Shown piece by piece: positions 61,052-64,000 of a stretch of DNA of 64,000 nucleotides. Source of the stretch: Cetorhinus maximus (lineage: Eukaryota); NCBI RefSeq assembly GCF_964194155.1, contig NC_135901.1, forward strand, positions 26,474,001-26,538,000, read 5' to 3'. The stretch's first letter is position 1, and every line of letters starts with the position of its first letter. The notes under the pieces were generated by a model. It ran no database searches and was not told the DNA's origin. It saw nothing but the letters and a program-made list of their open reading frames with translations. The position numbers and the translations under genes are program-made.

Positions 61052-61810
61052 ATGCAGAAACCATGGAAATGTGGAGACTGTGGGAAGGAATCTCGTTCCC
61101 CATCTGAGCTGGAAATTCATCGACGTAGTCACACCGGGGAGAGGCCGTTCACCTGCTCTGAGTGTGGGAAAGGATTCACTCATTTAAACAGCCTGCAGAC
61201 ACACCAGCGAGTTCACACTGGGGAGAGGCCGTTCACCTGCTCCGTGTGTGGGGTGGGATTCACTCGCACCCGGAACCTGCTGTTGCACCAGCGACTTCAC
61301 ACTGGAGAGAGGCCATTCACCTGCTCTGAGTGTGGGAAAGGATTCATTCGGTTATGCAGCCTGCAGACACACCAGCGAGTTCACACCGGGGAGAGACCAT
61401 TCCCCTGCTCTGACTGTGGCAAGAGATTCACTCAGTTATCCCATCTGTTGATACACCAGCGAGTTCATACTGGGGAGAGGCCGTTCACCTGCTCTGTCTG
61501 TGGGAAAGGATTTGCTCACACCTGGAACTTGCTGAGACACCAGCGAGTTCACACTGGAGAGAGGCCGTTCACCTGCTCTGAGTGTGGGAAAGGATTCGGT
61601 TGGTTGTGCAGCCTGCAGACACACCAGCGAGTTCACACCGGGGAGAGGCCATTCACCTGCAATGAGTGTGGGAAGGGGTTCACCCAGTCATCCAACCTGC
61701 TGACACACCAACGAGTTCACAGTGCGGAGAGACCATTCATCTGCCCAGTGTGTAAGAAGGGATTCATTCAGTTATCCCATCTGCAAAAACACCAGCGAAT
61801 TCACAAGTGA
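61052..61810 (+). CDS. C2H2 zinc-finger protein, 9 fingers
   Basis: 252-aa [15 protein letters not shown]. Putative acceptor CTCCTTTTACAG at 60702. Confidence 0.9.
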   Translation: MQKPWKCGDCGKESRSPSELEIHRRSHTGERPFTCSECGKGFTHLNSLQTHQRVHTGERPFTCSVCGVGFTRTRNLLLHQRLHTGERPFTCSECGKGFIRLCSLQTHQRVHTGERPFPCSDCGKRFTQLSHLLIHQRVHTGERPFTCSVCGKGFAHTWNLLRHQRVHTGERPFTCSECGKGFGWLCSLQTHQRVHTGERPFTCNECGKGFTQSSNLLTHQRVHSAERPFICPVCKKGFIQLSHLQKHQRIHK

Positions 61811-62149
61811 TAAAAGGGATTGGATTCTGCTGTTATTGCTGCTGTTTGTCACATCCAGGACTGAACCATGTTCATTCTGACAATTGATGAAGTGGGAGGG
61901 TTTCTTTCTGCTGAACTGGCCGGTTTCACGACTTTGCTTCCAGTGGAATGTCGTCCTTTGAGCCTTGTTGCGAAAATCCAGTTGATATTTCACATGGACC
62001 ACAGAATGAAAGGGTGTTTGGAAGGTGAAAGATATCTAGTTTGCATTTCTGTTTGGAAACGCACCCCCCCCCCCACCCGCCGCAAAAGCATGCCCCACTG
62101 TTATAGAAATGGGCTGTGATGGTTAGAAGTTTCTTTTGTTTTGTTTATC

Positions 62150-64000
62150 TGGTGTTTCTCACGGAAGGAAACTACAAAGGTATGAGGGGCAAATTGGCTG
62201 TGGTAGATTGAGAAACTGCATTAAAAGGTATGATGGCAGACAGACAATGGCTGGGCATTTAAGGAATTAATACAAGGAACAAAAACCCAACAGGAAAGTT
62301 GATGCAACAGTGGTTAATAAGAGAAGTTAAAGATTGCATTAGATCAAAGGAAGCGGCTTATAAAGTGGCCAAAAAAGTAGTAGGCCTGAGGATTGGGAGA
62401 TATTTAGAATTCAGCAAAGGAGGACCAAGAAACTGATAAATAAAGAAAAGATAGAATATGAGAACGCACTGGTGGGAAACTTAAAAAAATGACCGTACAA
62501 GCTTCTGCAGATACGTGCAAAGGAAAAGATTAACAAAGACAAATATGGGTCCATTGCCGATGGAGACAGGGGAATTTAAATGGGGAATGAGGAAATGGCA
62601 GAGAAACTAAACAAATGTGTGGGTGTCCTCATGGAGGGAAAATGCAGAAATTGCCCCAAAGATACTAGAGAACCAAGGGACTAGTGAGCATAGGAACTGA
62701 AAGAGATTAGTGTTAATAAACAAGCACCAGAGAAATTAATGGGACTGAAAGTTGATAAATCCCCGGGATCCGATGATCTACATCCCAGAGTGTTGAAGGA
62801 GGTGGCTGTAGAGGTGGTGCATGCATTGGTGGTCACCTTTCAAAATTCTATAGTTTCTGGAAAACTCCTGCAGATTAGAAGGTGGCAAATATAACTCCAC
62901 TATTTACGAAAGGGGGGAGAAAAGTGGGGGGAACTACAGATCTGTTAGTCCGACATCAGTAGTAGGGGAAATACTGGAATCTATTATAAAGGATGCGATA
63001 GCTGGTTGCTTAAAAAATAATGATCTGATTGGGCAGAATCAACATGGATTCATGGATGGAAATCATGTTGAAACCTGTTGGAGTTTTTTGAGGATGTAAC
63101 GAGCAGAACAGATAAAGGGGGACCAGTGGATTGGAGCTTTTGGATATTCAGAAGGCTTTCGATAAGGTCCCACACAAGAGGTTAGTAAGCAGAATTAGAG
63201 CACATGGGATTGGGGGAACTTTAATGGCATGGATTGAGAATTGGTTAACGGACAGAAAACAGGGAGTAAGAATAAATAGGTCTCAGGTCGCCAGGCTGTG
63301 ACTAGTGGGGTACCGTAAGGATCAGTGATTGGGCCCCAGCTGTTCACAATCTACATCAATGATTTGGATGTGGGAATCAATTGTAATACTTCTAAGTTTG
63401 CTGATGACACTAGTGGGAATGTGAGTTGTAAGGAGGATTCAAAGAGGCTTTCAAGGGGTTTCAGACAAGTTGCGTAAGTGGGCAAGAACATGGCAGATGG
63501 ATTATAACGTGAAAACGTGAAGTTATCCAAAGGGACCTGGGTGTCATTGTTCATGAGTTACTGAAAACTAACAGACAGTTGCAGCAAGCAATTAGGAAGG
63601 CAAATGGTGGCCTTCATTGCAAGAGGATTTGAGTAGGGGAGTAAAGAGGTATTGCTGTGTTTGTATAGAACCTTGGTGAGACCACACCTGGAGCACTGTG
63701 TCCAGTTTTGGTCTCCTTACCTAAGGAAGGTTATACTTGCCATAGAGAGAGGGCAACAGAGGTTCATCAGATCGATTCCTGAGATGGCAGGATTGACCTG
63801 TGAGGAGGGATTGAGGAGACTGGGCCTATATTCTTTAAAGTTTAGAAGAATGAGAGTTGGTCTCATTGAAATTTACAAAATTCTTACAGGGCTCGACATG
63901 GTAGAGGCAGGAAGGATGTTTCCCCTGGCTGGGGGTGTCTAGAACCAGGGGCCACAGTCTCAGAATCAGGGGAAGGCCATTTAGGACTCAGATGAGGAGG
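62150..64000 (+). mobile_element. Degenerate CR1 LINE running off the window
   Basis: DKSPGSDDLHPRVLKE, FADDT and LVRPHLEHCVQFWSP. Confidence 0.9.

Overview
Eukaryotic (vertebrate) DNA, very probably from a shark or ray, judged from HER1/CR1-type LINEs, a tRNA-headed SINE and hammerhead-bearing Penelope-like repeats. The window is a C2H2 zinc-finger (ZNF) gene cluster in which I can see no KRAB or SCAN exon. It holds five open ZNF arrays (1579+, 23261+, 44334-, 46216+, 61052+), one array broken by nonsense codons (~37.9-39.3 kb) and several relics. These arose by duplication and inversion of a cassette: CCAAT/GC-box/NRF1/YY1 promoter, degenerate-finger leader, ZNF array, conserved tail and 3' module. 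Between the genes are nested mobile elements: many CR1 LINEs, RTE and L2 fragments, a Gmr1-type Gypsy element (integrase before RT, SCAN-like gag, tRNA-Pro PBS), a class I ERV 3' half, a second env-bearing LTR element, and Harbinger, hAT and Penelope-like pieces. Most notable: (1) an orphan TCR/Ig-like V pseudo-segment with an RSS at 49.4-49.7 kb, absent from the ORF track; (2) a core-intact minimal hammerhead ribozyme in sense orientation just downstream of a ZNF stop codon; (3) a frame-preserved C-terminal peptide (LDSAVIAAVNHIQD) switched on or off by CGA/TGA among paralogs; (4) a SCAN-like Gmr1 gag inside a ZNF cluster. All calls are by eye, family assignments are from memory of motifs, and boundaries are approximate.
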